Positions 22,158-33,588 of a DNA stretch of 64,000 nt are shown in pieces. Position numbers and translations under genes: made by a program. The number at the start of each line of letters is the position of its first letter. The stretch's first letter is position 1. The stretch is from Candidatus Bathyarchaeota archaeon (GTDB lineage: Archaea > Thermoproteota > Bathyarchaeia > Bathyarchaeales > DTEX01), in assembly GCA_963714275.1 (NCBI GenBank), contig CAVQNT010000002.1:640001-704000 (forward strand). Direction: 5' to 3'. The notes under the pieces are model-generated. The model was not told the DNA's origin. It made no database searches and saw only the letters and a list, made by a program, of their open reading frames with translations.

Positions 22158-22992
22158 ATGCCTGAACTTCCCGAGATTAAGGTCATTGCAGACTCAGATG
22201 GACAGGGAGCTTTCTGGAAAACGGGTCGCTGAAGTTGAGTCGAGGCAGCCGAAGAACCTTAATGTGGCTGTGGAGGACTTTGTCGAGGCGGTTAAGGGCA
22301 AAACCGTCAGCAACGTTACAGGCAGGGGCAAGTGGATATTCATGAAGCTTAAACCCGCGTATTTTTTGCTCATTAATCTCGGAATGTACGGCGAACTCCT
22401 CTACTACACGAAGGGGCAGAAGCTTCCTGAACGTTACCAATTCAGACTGACGTTTACTGACGGAAGCGGCTTCACGATTTTCTTCTCGTGGTTCGGGTAT
22501 GTCCATCTTGTCGCAGAAAAAGACGCCGCAAAACACAAGATGACAGCCAAGCTTGGCGTTGACCCCTTCGACGACGGTTTCACGTTCGAAAAATTCGACA
22601 ATCTGTTGATGTCCAAGAGAAGGACAAGGCTAAAAAGTTTCATCTTGGACCAGAAGAACGTCGCAGGCATCGGAAACGTCTACGCGCAGGACACGCTTTT
22701 CGAAGCTGGGCTGCATCCTGACCGCCAAATTTCAACATTAACAAAAGAAGAAAAGGAAAGTTTGTACAGCGCCATAAAACGGGTACTGAACCGAAGCGTC
22801 CAACTCGGTGGCTTGGCTTACGAGAAAGACTTCTACGGGCGGAACGGAAGGTTCGGCGGAAACGAGTTCCAAGTGGGCTACAGGGAAGGCAAGCCTTGCC
22901 CAATGTGTCAGACGACAATACAAAAAATCAGGACGGGAAGCACCTCCACATACATCTGCCCAAAATGCCAACCTCTAAAATCGGTTGGCTAA
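22158..22992 (+). CDS. mutM: Fpg/MutM-family DNA glycosylase (frameshift near 22190)
   Basis: ATG 22158 gives MPELPEIKVIA; shifted frame continues RGKW, LGMYG, AGIGNVY, CPMC..CPKCQ. Confidence 0.85.
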
Positions 22993-23121
22993 TCGTCTAT
23001 CCCCATTTGGTTTATAAAAACATAAATGAAAAAAAGGTCTTTTTTAGGGCAATCAATCACTTAAGATAATGCCTATAGAAGAATGTCCCCCAAAAAAAGC
23101 ATGTAAGGCAATGTAAGACTT

Positions 23122-24634
23122 CTATGGTTTCCCGATTTTTTCCCATATCGGCGGAATCCTTTTGTTCGCTTCCGGACCGAGTATGACGGGTTCTACGCCA
23201 CTGATTTCGCATAGGTACTCGAGTTTGCGGAGGTGGTTGCCTGAAACCGCTAGTATGTGGTTGCTGGGGAACAGCTTTGTGAACTCGTCGAACCCGCAGT
23301 GCAGCCTTGCGTGGACGTGTGGCCAAGTTGGGTTGGTTTCCTCGTTTATTGCCTTTCTTTCCTTGGGTGGCAGGTCGAGGGCTTCGCCTGAAACGATGAC
23401 CATGTAGAACTTGTCGTCCCAGAGCCCGAGGCGTGCAAAGGTTAATTCGCCAGCTGCAGCGTCAAACTCGACTGAGGCTCCGCCTGCTTTGAAATAGTAT
23501 TCCAGGGCTGGGTGAAAGGTTACCTTTTTGAAGTTCTCTTCGGGACTTGTACTTCGCGCCGCGTACCAGCTCGCGTGGTTTCCCGAGTTGCAGAAGTCCC
23601 ACATGTCCTTGTCGGGATGGTACAGTCGGACGTCCATGAAAAGCACGGGCAAGCCTCCGGTGATGTACTTGAGGAGCTGCATTGTGACGGCTGCGAGTGA
23701 GTCAGCTTCGGTTGCGCAGACGGTTGTTTCTTTCGTTCCGTTCCAGTCGTAGGGGTCGTTCATAAGCATCTCGGGAACGTCGCCGAGACACACGTACTCC
23801 GTTAGTTCACGCTGCCCTTTCAGCCCGCAGAAGTCGAATCCTTTCTCTTCGTTAACCATCTTCATGGATAAGTAGAGCTTAATCTGGGTCTTCAGGGTTT
23901 CTGGGGTAAGCATTTTCCCGTCGTACTTTAAGCGTGGACCCAGAAGATGTTCGAACCATTTCAGTCCCTTTTCTACTTGTTTCGGGTCAACCTCTTCCAT
24001 CTTCTTAACGAGTAAAAGCTGGTCAATCTGGCGGACCGTGACGCCGAACGTTTTGATTGTCGGGACGAGGTGGAAGTATCCTGTTTCCATGCCCATCGAG
24101 TGGCCTCCGTACATGCCGTAAACCTCGTTTTGGATAGTCGAATAGGCTTGGGACGCGTAAACCCAGTCAACTACTTTGGCTTGTGTCTCAGGGTCGTCCA
24201 TTCCGCCAACAATCCGTTGAGTCTTAATTCCAGCTTGACGCGAAGCCTCCGTCCGTGGCGAGTAACCCGACGTTTCCGGGGAACTTTCCGCTGTTGTTCG
24301 AAAGGCACAGGATTGGTTTGTTTCGACCTAGGCTGTTGATGAAGGGCCACACAAAGAACGGGAAATTCCACACGTAATAACACAGAATCACCTGCTTGCA
24401 GTTTGCCCTCGACAGTTCTTCACCGACCTTCTGAGCGGACCTGACTGAGGTTATGATTTCTGAGCCCATGACGACTTCCGGAGAGGTGCCGTCGACGTTT
24501 TTTGCTTCTTTTCTGATGATTTCAGCCCAACCCTTAACAACCTTAATGCATTCTTGGGTATTTGCCTTCCAGACATGTTCCCTTTCGTCATTAAACATGA
24601 CAAGACCGATAGGTGTGCTCTTCAAAGGTTTCAC
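23122..24634 (-). CDS. L-fucose isomerase-family sugar isomerase (frameshifts near 24240)
   Basis: WNFP, PGNVGL, GHSMGM, QRELTE, CATEAD, FMDVR, CNSG, WPH, NH motifs. Confidence 0.82.
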
Positions 24635-24689
24635 CGCTTGAATAATGGAAGCCGAACAAGATTAAAGCGTTATGGCATGCGTTCACAGG

Positions 24690-24821
24690 TGGCGGGCCCG
24701 GAGGGAATTGAACCCTCGACCTACGGGTAACTCCGCGGACAATGGCTTAGCGCGTAAGAGCCTCAGCCCAGCTTATTATCGTGTTCTGGTCCGCCGCTCT
24801 ACCTGGCTAAGCTACGGGCCC
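24690..24821 (-). tRNA. tRNA-Lys(CTT) with two introns (about 29/30 and canonical 37/38), CCA encoded
   Basis: Removing 29-nt GACC..CTGA and 26-nt CGCG..GAGTT gives a 77-nt cloverleaf GGGCCCGTAGCTTAGCCAGGTAGAGCGGCGGGCTCTTAACCCGTAGGTCGAGGGTTCAATTCCCTCCGGGCCCGCCA. Confidence 0.92.
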
Positions 24822-24931
24822 AATTTTACGTCGCTGAATAGGTTACTTATGGAAATTACTAATAACCTTTTCTTTCAATCTTACAACGATAATAGGCTTA
24901 AAAGTGGTTCTTTAGCTGGTGGTGTAAAGGT

Positions 24932-25739
24932 TTGGGTGAGCTTGTCTTCGTTGGGTTAGGACTTTTCGACGAGAACGATGTGTCTCTTCGTGGACTGAAG
25001 GAGGCTAAGTTGGCGGATTATGTTTTCGCTGAGTTCTATACGAGTTTGATGGGTGGTCTTTCATTGGAAAGATTGGAGAAAAAGGTCGGAAGGAAGGTCA
25101 CAATTGTTACAAGGAAAACACTTGAAGAAGAGAACGGAGAACTTATCTTGCATAAAGCTGCGAACATGAAGGTTGTTTTTCTGGTTTCGGGCGACCCTTT
25201 GATTGCGACTACTCATGTTGATCTGAGGGTTCGGGCGGAGAAGCGCGGGATAAAGACAAGTGTTGTGCATGGCACCTCAATCGTTTCAGCGGCGATGGGT
25301 GATTCTGGGCTTCAGAACTACAGGTTTGGGAGAAGCGTAACAGTTCCGTTACCTGAAGGGGGCGTGGTTTCTGAGACCCCTTACAACGTGGTCGGAGAGA
25401 ACAGGGCTCGAGACCTACATACCCTCTGTTTTCTGGACGTTAAAGCCGAAAAAAAGACTTTTCATGACTGTCAGGGAAGCCCTTGATATTTTATTGTCAA
25501 TAGAAAAGAAGAAACAAAAGCACGCCATAACCTTGGACAACATCGCTGTTGGCTTAGCCCGAGTTGGAGCTAAAGATGAAGTCGTGAAGGCTGACAGGAT
25601 AAAGGCTCTTTTAGGCTTCGATTTTGGCAGTCCGCCGCACATCCTTGTCTTTCCTGCACCTAGGCTTCACTTCATGGAGGCTGAGTCTCTCATTAGTCTT
25701 GCGGGTGCACCTGAACACGTGAACGAGTTGGTTGGGTAA
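24932..25739 (+). CDS. dph5: Diphthine synthase (frameshift near 25450)
   Basis: FVGLGL, EFYTS, GDPLIATTH, GLQNYRFG, LHTLCFLD, PPH, LHFME. Confidence 0.93.
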
Positions 25740-25741
25740 CA

Positions 25742-26002
25742 TTGATGAGTTCGAAGGAGCTTGCTGCCAAATATATTTTGAAGGCTGAACATGCCTTGAC
25801 CGAGCTTAAGACAGTCAACGGTGAAAGGCGTCTCAACATTGATAAGGTCAAAACAGTCATTGACGAGGCGAAGAGATATCTTGAGGACGCGAAGTATTAT
25901 TTTGCGAATAAAAGGTTTGAGACGAGCTTGGCTTCGGTTGCGTACTGCGAGGGGCTGCTGGATGCTTTGCGGATGTTGGGCTATGTGGAGTTTTCGTGGT
26001 AG
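25742..26002 (+). CDS. DUF357 family protein
   Basis: RYLEDAKYY..SLASVAYCEGLLDALR..G motif; usual dph5 neighbour. Confidence 0.85.
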   Translation: MMSSKELAAKYILKAEHALTELKTVNGERRLNIDKVKTVIDEAKRYLEDAKYYFANKRFETSLASVAYCEGLLDALRMLGYVEFSW

Positions 26003-26015
26003 GTGAACGGCGAAG

Positions 26016-26482
26016 ATGGCTGAAAAAAAGAAGGAAAAGGTGGTCTTGGCCTCGGGGGCTTTCGACCTGCTACATTATGGGCACGTGTACTATTTGTCTG
26101 AGGCGAAGAAGGCGGGGGGCGAAAACGCGAAGCTAGTCGTCATCGTCGCCAAGGACAGGACGGTTGAAAAGTTCAAGGGCGCGAAGCCCATTATCTCCGA
26201 GGACCAGCGGAGGGCAGTTGTCGAATCCCTAAAGGTAGTTGACGAGGCAATCCTCGGCTACGAAGACATGGACATGCTTAGGGTCATAGAAAAAGTGAAG
26301 CCCGACATCGTCGCACTCGGTTACGACGAGGAAAGAATAGAGAAAGACCTCAGAAGCTTTTAGCTGAAAAAGGACTCGGCATCAAAGTCTTGAGGGTCAG
26401 CCAGTTCACCGAAAGGGACCTTGTTAGCTCCTCAAAAATCAAAAGACGAATCATCGAAAACTACAGGGCGAACGTAAAGTAA
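26016..26482 (+). CDS. ribL: FAD synthase (cytidyltransferase-like; frameshift near 26360)
   Basis: SGAFDLLHYGH, KPDIVALGYD, shifted C-terminus SSSKIKRRI. Confidence 0.85.
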
Positions 26483-26483
26483 C

Positions 26484-26920
26484 CTAGGCCTCCTCGCTTT
26501 CCCGCTTGCTGAAGTATTTTATGCCTTCTCACTCTTCATAGCCAAGTTTTTTGAACAGCTCTTTAGATACCCTGTTGTGGTCCATGATTAAGGCACTGAA
26601 GATTTTGACGCCATTTTTGCGCAAAACCTTCTCCGCTTCAGCGATCAAAGCCTTGGCGACGCCTTGTCTCCTATGCTTTGGGTGAACGGCCAAGCGGTTT
26701 ATCCAGCCTTTCCGCCCGTCGCTGCTCGCGATGACGGTTCCTACGAGATGAGCATCCGTGAAGGCTCCGATGAAAAACTCAGGGCACATTCTCATTTGTG
26801 CTTCTATAGATGCTTTGCTGTCTCTTCCTCTGGGCCTAATCGGTAAATCCGCTTCTTTCCAGAGATTCACCATCTATCGTAGTCGCAAAAGTTAACGTTC
26901 GGATACAAAAATCCAATCTT
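26484..26920 (-). CDS. GNAT acetyltransferase (frameshifts at both ends; start approximate)
   Basis: DGRKGWINRLAVHPKHRRQGVA, N..S..LFKKLGY. Confidence 0.82.
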
Positions 26921-27015
26921 ACCAATCCCAAGAAAACCTTTCAGCGTTCTAACTATTTTTGGCAATAAATATCTGTTAGTGAAAAAGGTTATTTTTAAGA
27001 TTTACCTCGTCGAAC

Positions 27016-28960
27016 CTAGGGCAACCCAAGAAGGGACAATATTCTGAATGTTACTCCGCCAACCAACAGCGCGAAGAGTATCTCGAACACCGTGATGAGT
27101 AGCGCTTTCTTCCAGCCGATTTCTTTAACGAGCGTAGCAATAGTAGCCACACATGGAATGTACAGCATGATCACAAGGGTGAACACAACCATCTGTACAG
27201 GCATCAAAACTGCAAGGTTTGACCCAAGCAAAGTAGCAAGCATAATTAACGTGGAGCTCCTTCCTGATCACGCCGAAGAAAAGGGCGATGCCCATCTCAG
27301 GCCTCAACCCGAGCCATGTCACCGTCAGGGGGCTCATGGCTTGAACAATCGGTCCCAACAAGCCAAAAATGTCCGCTGCCTTGATTGCGAGGGTACTTAC
27401 GATTATCAGCGGAAGAGCCATCTTGATGTATTCGCCTAGCCTGAACGAGGTTTGAGTCAACGCCGTCTTCAAGTGGGGAACCCGGTACTCACTCATCTCC
27501 ATTATGAGGTCAGTCGGTTCGCCGGGAAAAGCCTTGAACGCGAACCTTCCAAGCATCATAACAATGACCAAATTTACTAAGTAAAGCATCAACACCCATC
27601 CGAAGCCGACATATTTTCCGACTAAGCCAAGCACGACAACGGTCACGGCGGCGCAAGGCACCAAAGTAACGACGAAGATGGCTAGAAGCCGCTCCCGTTC
27701 AGTCTCCATTATCTTACATGCTAAACACGCGGGGACGTTGCAGCCGAAAGCAAGCATCACGGGGATGAAGGCTTTACCATGTAGCCCAATCTTGTGCATC
27801 ACCGCATCCATGAGGTAAGCGATTCGACTGAGGTAACCTGAGTCCTCAAGGAGGTAAAGTGCAAGATAAAACGGTACAATGTACGGAATAGCAATGGTGA
27901 CAGAAGCTTATGACGCCTTCCATGACTCCTCCCCAAAGCAGACTCCTTAACTAAGCCTTCTCCGAAAACTGCTGTGAAGATGGGTTCCAAACCGTAAAGG
28001 AGGCTGCCGAAGTAGCTGGAGACAAAGCCTCCGAAGGCGAAAATGGACCAGAAAACAAGAAGCAGGACGCCCGCCATTATGAGGTAGCCTGAGACGCTTT
28101 TGGTCGTGAGTTCATGGATACGTTCAGTTATGGTCTGCTTTGTATGTGGCTGAATCTTCTGAACTTGGCTCGCGATGCATCGGGCGGTCTCGTATCTTTC
28201 AGAGGCTACCACTGTTTCCATGTGTGTCGGTGAATTTTTCAATTTCTGTTGCTAGTTTTTTTGTGGTTTCAAGGATTTCGGGGGTTTTCTCGCGGATTTG
28301 CTTCTCGATTTCTTCGTCGCCTTCCAGCAGTTTGATGGCTGTCCATCGGGCTGGATACTTGAATTTTGATTCTTCAACGAGATTAACGAGCTTCTCGATC
28401 CTTTCCTCGATCTCTTTTCCGTACGTGATCCGGGTGGGTTTTACTTCACCTTTCTCGATTGTCTCAACAGCCTTTTCCAGCAGTCCGTAGACTCCGTTGC
28501 CTTTGATGGCTACTGTTGGAACAACGGGTACGCCCAGAATTTCAGCGAGTCTTTGGGAATCTACCTCTATGCCTTTCTTGGTGGCGATGTCCACCTGGTT
28601 TAACGCCAGGACCATTGGAACTTCCAGTTCCATCAGCTGCAGAGTGAAGAAGAGGTTTCTTTCAAGAACCGAGGCGTCGACAACGTTGATCACAAGGTCA
28701 GGCTCTATTCGAAGGCTATGTACTCCCTGGTAGACCCAGCTCCTCCAGAGAAAAAGTTGAAAGCGAGTAGATGCCAGGGAAGGTCGATAACATCGATCAG
28801 GTAACCCTCTAAATAAAGGGTTCCTTCCGCCTTCTCAACAGTCTTGCCAGGCCAGTTTCCAATGTGCTGATGCAGTCCTGTTAAATGATTGAAGATGACT
28901 GATTTGCCGACATTTGCGTTTCCAGCTAACGCGATGGTGAGTTTCTTTGCTGCTACTTGT
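27016..28960 (-). CDS. feoB: Ferrous iron transporter FeoB (several frameshifts)
   Basis: [43 protein letters not shown] in successive frames. Confidence 0.92.
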
Positions 28961-29239
28961 CTTCTCCACGAGGATCTTTTCCGCCATGCCTCTTCCAAGC
29001 GCGAGCCTGGACCCTCTGACAATCACCTCTATCGGTCCGTGGAAGGGCGCTGCCTTCGAGATTTCGACTTGTGTTCCAGGAGTCAGACCCATGTCCATGA
29101 GCCTTCTGACGAACCCGTGGCCTTCGCCATGTCCCAATCCTTTTCCCCTGGGGTTCGGCGTTATTGAGACGATTACGCCTGTTTCTCCAGCCTTGAGTGT
29201 CGTCAATGGTGTCTTTAATCCGCTGTCTTGTGGTTCCAT
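28955..29239 (-). CDS. feoA: FeoA domain protein (3' end / junction with feoB unresolved)
   Basis: [38 protein letters not shown]. Confidence 0.88.
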
Positions 29240-29267
29240 TTTTCCACCCCTGCGTGAGCATGAAAAT

Positions 29268-29937
29268 CAACTCCTGATTTTTTCACTTTTACTCGAATGG
29301 CTGAGGCGATCTTTGAGGTTGTCTTTTTGTAAGTTCCGTTGGTTTGAAAAGTGACGGTGCCGTTGCGGAGGTTTCTATCGACGACCTTGACGTGAACTCC
29401 TGGTTTCAGCCCCAGCCTTTCAATGTGCTCAAGCATTGTTTGTCTCTCGTCGGTGATGCGGGTCACGGTTCCCTCTGCACCGAGGACTGAGGGTTGACAG
29501 CGGTGCCGTTGATTCTTCAGCGATCCGCCTGACAGCGTCGGTATAGGGTTTCCGTGGGGGCAGGTTGGGGGCTGTTCGAGGAGTTTCTCGATGTTTCTGG
29601 CGACTTCTTCGGTTACGCCGTGTTCAAGGTGGCAGGCAGTCGTGGATTCGGTCCCATTTCATCCTGAGCACGTCTGAAAGGAGCCTTTCGGATAATCGGT
29701 GTTTCTTAGAACTTGGAGGGCAATAGTTCGACCTTCCTTGGTGAGTTTTACACCTTGGTAGGCTTCGTGTTTGATTAAGCTCTTTTTTTCTAAGCGTTCA
29801 ACCGTGTTTGTGACTATCCCGGGTGCGATGTGAAGCATTTTTACGAGTTTGCTTGTTCGGGCTGCTCCGTCTCTTTCTTGGAGTCTGTAGATGGATTCGA
29901 GGAACTCTTCGATTTGGCTCGTTACTTCCTCAGTCAA
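29268..29937 (-). CDS. DtxR/MntR-family metal-dependent regulator with C-terminal FeoA-like domain (frameshifts)
   Basis: EEFLESIY..LEKKSLI.HEAYQGVKLT, ACHLEH, CPHGNPI, then LGLKPG SH3-like tail. Confidence 0.85.
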
Positions 29938-30091
29938 GATAAATCACTTTTTGTATACAGTAAATTACGATGGGTCGGAAATTAAACTTGTTGCATGACC
30001 AATCGGCGATGGTAAAGGCTAAAATCGTTCTTAAGGATTTAAGACTTTGAGTGATAATAAAAATATGAGGTTATGTATAGAGGTGTGAGTC

Positions 30092-30319
30092 ATGGATAAG
30101 CATTATTTTAAGGAACGTTGGGCTAGATCATTGATTAAGGCAATTACATATAGAGTTATTATTATCGTATTGGATTTTATTGTGGTTTACCTTCTTTCTG
30201 GAAAGGTTGAAACTGCATTTTGGTTCATGTTAATCAGCAACATCTACACAAGCGCAGCATATTTTGTTCATGAAAGAGTCTGGGACGGCATAAACTGGGG
30301 GAAAAAGCACGTTAGCTGA
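30092..30319 (+). CDS. DUF2061 small membrane protein
   Basis: RSLIKAITYR...YFVHERVW..I.WG. Confidence 0.8.
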   Translation: MDKHYFKERWARSLIKAITYRVIIIVLDFIVVYLLSGKVETAFWFMLISNIYTSAAYFVHERVWDGINWGKKHVS

Positions 30320-30383
30320 ATTTGTTCAATCCCAAAGAGTTAACAGAACTAAGAATCAGTTAAGTCTTTAAGGTGGATCATCT

Positions 30384-31226
30384 GTGAAGGTTGGGTTTCA
30401 TGTTTCAATCGCTGGCACACTGGATGAGGCTGTGGACAGGGCAGTGGAGATAGGCTGCAACACGTTCCAGATGTTCACTCGGACTCCCAGGGCTTGGGCT
30501 GCCGCGTATTTGGCTGAAGCTGAGGTCAAGGCTTTCGTTGACAAGGTGAACAGTTTCGACGTGAAGCCTGTTTTTGCGCATATCCCCTACCTACTGAACT
30601 TAGCTTCCGCGAGGCGGGACGTTTACGTTAAGTCCGTTATGACATTAAAGGAGGAGCTAGGCAGGTGCAGGAGTCTCGAGATTCCTTTCTTGGTTACGCA
30701 TTTGGGCAGCCATTTGGGTTCTGGGAAGAAGTTGGGCTTTGAACGTATAGTCGACGCTGTTAATGAGGTTTTCAGGTCTGGCGAATGTGGGGTCATGTTG
30801 CTGCTTGAGAACACGGCTGGGACAAGAAACAGCATGGGCGACCGGTTCGAAGATATAAAATACATAATCGACAGCTTAGCTCGTCCTGAGGCTGTGGGTG
30901 TCTGTTTCGACACTTCGCACGGTTTTGCTGCAGGCTACGACCTTCGCAGCGAAAAAGCTGTCAATCAGACCTTGCGCATGTTCGACGAGGTTATCGGGTT
31001 CGACAAGCTTCAGCTCGTTCACCTGAACGATTCTTTGGGCGGGTTAGGTTCGCGGGTTGACCGTCACCAGCACATTGGCTTGGGCGAAATCGGCGAAAGA
31101 GGCTTCAGGGCTATTTTGCACAGTAGGTTTAGGGAGGTGCCTTTAGTCATGGAGACTCCTTGGGACGAAGCTGGAAGCGACATTGATAATCTTCGGAAAG
31201 TTAAAGAGTCAGCTGGAGAGCTTTGA
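30384..31226 (+). CDS. nfo: Endonuclease IV
   Basis: GFHVSIAG, HIPYLLNL, LLENTAG, CFDTSH, HLNDS, DRHQHIG, METP. Confidence 0.95.
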   Translation: MKVGFHVSIAGTLDEAVDRAVEIGCNTFQMFTRTPRAWAAAYLAEAEVKAFVDKVNSFDVKPVFAHIPYLLNLASARRDVYVKSVMTLKEELGRCRSLEIPFLVTHLGSHLGSGKKLGFERIVDAVNEVFRSGECGVMLLLENTAGTRNSMGDRFEDIKYIIDSLARPEAVGVCFDTSHGFAAGYDLRSEKAVNQTLRMFDEVIGFDKLQLVHLNDSLGGLGSRVDRHQHIGLGEIGERGFRAILHSRFREVPLVMETPWDEAGSDIDNLRKVKESAGEL

Positions 31227-31241
31227 CGGGGCGAATGCCCA

Positions 31242-31415
31242 TTGACTGAGAAAAGGCGTTGTGAGGGTTGCGGTGCGGTCATGTCTGAAGAGAACGTTAT
31301 GAAGCTTCAGCTTGACGATGGGTCTTGGGAGACGGTTCCTCTTCCTTTGTGCCCGAAGTGCTTCAAGGAGTCGCTGGTTCAGCTCGCCAAGAAAGAAAGG
31401 CAAGGTAAACGTTAA
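31242..31415 (+). CDS. 57-aa zinc-finger microprotein
   Basis: TTG start: MTEKRRCEGCGAVMSEENVMKLQLDDGSWETVPLPLCPKCFKESLVQLAKKERQGKR*; two CxxC pairs; below the ORF-track cutoff. Confidence 0.7.
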   Translation: MTEKRRCEGCGAVMSEENVMKLQLDDGSWETVPLPLCPKCFKESLVQLAKKERQGKR

Positions 31416-31495
31416 GCCTTGTCTTTGGTCTTGAGCTTTTGTGGGGTGTTAGTTTTTTAGGTTCGTTCGTTGTTTGTTTCCTGTGGTGTTAAGCG

Positions 31496-32203
31496 TTGGT
31501 TTTGCCTGTTAAGGTGTTCGAGATTACGGAGGACGTTGACTTCGGGTTTTTGGTTCAGAAGCTAAAGAACTTCCGTGAGGAGGAGGCTTACCGGATTGAG
31601 TCGGGTCAAGAGATATCTTTGGTCACCGAAATCCTTGACCTGAAAGTCGAGGGCGAGGTCATTTCGGGGGTTTTCAGTAAGGACTTTGTTGGTGCCAGTT
31701 TCTACAAGCGGGAGCTGGTTGAGACTCCGGGAACTGAGGAGGCTCCTTTCTGGATCGTTTCTTACGACAAGCGCAAATTTCTGATCGTTTTGGCTCCTTC
31801 GGTTGCCCGTGGCGTGAAGAAGCTGCTTACGGGAACCGTCGCGAACAAGCTCAGCCGAGTCCTGTTTATTCAGATCGGCGCGATTGTTGAGGTGAACATT
31901 CCGAATGAGGTTTTGCGGGAGCTGCACGAGTCGAATCCTGCTGCGACGAAGCTGATTTGGTTTGACAACGTCGACATTCCCGGCGTCGAGAAGCTGTGCC
32001 TCGCAGGTCCGGGCATAGCGGACACGGCTTTGTACAGGGATTACCTTAAGCATATGCAGATTTGGTACGTGGTTTTCGAGGCTCAGAGGCGGGGCATAGT
32101 CATCGGCATAACGCGGAGCTGCACGGTGACACTGTTCAGTAAAAGCACAATCGGCGACCTCATAAAATACATACAACAAGACATACTAAAACTCATACAA
32201 TAA
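31496..32203 (+). CDS. Conserved-looking archaeal hypothetical protein (235 aa)
   Basis: Intact ORF with GGTG SD and normal composition; no functional motif recognised. Confidence 0.75.
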   Translation: MVLPVKVFEITEDVDFGFLVQKLKNFREEEAYRIESGQEISLVTEILDLKVEGEVISGVFSKDFVGASFYKRELVETPGTEEAPFWIVSYDKRKFLIVLAPSVARGVKKLLTGTVANKLSRVLFIQIGAIVEVNIPNEVLRELHESNPAATKLIWFDNVDIPGVEKLCLAGPGIADTALYRDYLKHMQIWYVVFEAQRRGIVIGITRSCTVTLFSKSTIGDLIKYIQQDILKLIQ

Positions 32204-32441
32204 TAAAAAAACCAAGCATATGAATTCATAGGTTACTGTTTGTTCTTTAATTGGAAAACTTGGTTGTTACGCAAAATAGATTATCCTAAACGCAGTGAAT
32301 CCACGGTCATATAGTGGTTCCACATATTATTTAAATATAAAAAATTCCCACATAAATTCAAATGTTCTTTTTTTCTTTCTTTCAGTACGCTAGACCACAC
32401 ATATATCATATGAGTGATGTCTATACATGCAAGAGCGGAGT

Positions 32442-33195
32442 TTAGGACTGTTTACGGGATTCTATGTTTACGTCTTTAATAGTTTGTTGTCTGAGCCTTT
32501 CGTACAGAATGAGGGCAGTGGACACGCTGACATTAAGTGACTCTATCCTGCCCCGCATGGGAATACGGATAACATTATCGCATTTCCCGAGAAGGGAACG
32601 ACTGATACCTCTGTCCTCACCACCAAGCACGAAGGCAACCGCTCCCTTAAGGTTCTCAGAAAAATACTCAGCGAACCCTGATGGGTCTACACCGATGACC
32701 CGTATTCCCTTTTCTTGAAGCAGTTTAGTTACAGAATGAAGGTTCTCTCTGAAAAGAGGCACATATAAACTTCCACCCATCGAAGCCCTGTGAACCGTTG
32801 GAGTCAACTCAACGCTCCTCCGCTTCGGGATTACAACGGCACTAACGACTGTTGACTCAGCGGTCCTGAGTATGGCTCCGAGGTTCTGAGGGTCCTGAAT
32901 TTGTTCAAGAAGCAGCATGCATGAATCGTCGTTCATCCCTTCGACGATTGCCCCCAAAGACCGAATCTGGGATAACTTAACAACCGCTATTACGCCTTGG
33001 TGGCGACCAGTCTCAGACAGCCCATCTAGGCTCAGTCATGCTTGTGAAATTTACTGGAACACCAAGAGCCTTCGATAACTCCATAATAAGCTGAACCTTT
33101 CTTTCCTTTTCAACCTCCCTGGCTACCATGAGCTTAAGCACACGGTGAGCCTTAAGAGCCTCGTATACGGGATTCCTTCCTTCTGCTTGGATCAC
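32442..33195 (-). CDS. TrmH/RlmB-family SPOUT RNA 2'-O-methyltransferase (frameshifts near 33020)
   Basis: GRNPVYEAL, HQGV, QDPQNLGAILR, LGGEDRGI, IPMRG.IESLNVS. Confidence 0.9.
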
Positions 33196-33588
33196 GCCAC
33201 AAATCCTCCTACCGTCCAATAGGCTAAGACACAAGATCGAATGTTTCGGGTAAACAACAAAATATGGTATGGCTCTCCTGCAGAAAAACCTTAGTTAGCG
33301 GACTCGAAGAAGGAACCTTCAGCAATACGGATGGATCTCGAGGTTCTCGGTGGAATGCCTGAACAGGAATTTATTTGTAACCCTAGACAAACGTGCTCAC
33401 GGGCGAAAAAAGAAATGAAGGAAATCCGCATCATTTCCCAATTTTCTTGGCGTGTTTTTCCTTCTTTTTAATATTCTTTTTCTTCAATGAAGGCATACAC
33501 AAATCTCCACGAAACACATCTTTCAATGATATTACTGTGCGATAGTCTTAAATACTTTTCAACAAAGCGGCATATGAACAATATTCGG

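Noticed and set aside
24672-24959. 95-aa + strand ORF
   Set aside because: Antisense shadow of the tRNA-Lys gene.
31562-32179. 205-aa minus-strand ORF
   Set aside because: Fully antisense to the 235-aa gene; likely codon-bias shadow, like most short overlapping ORFs in the track.
33320-33388. QQYGWISRFSVECLNRNLFVTLD loosely recalls an IS3 transposase motif
   Set aside because: Only about 23 residues, wrong spacing, no inverted repeats or other transposase sequence.
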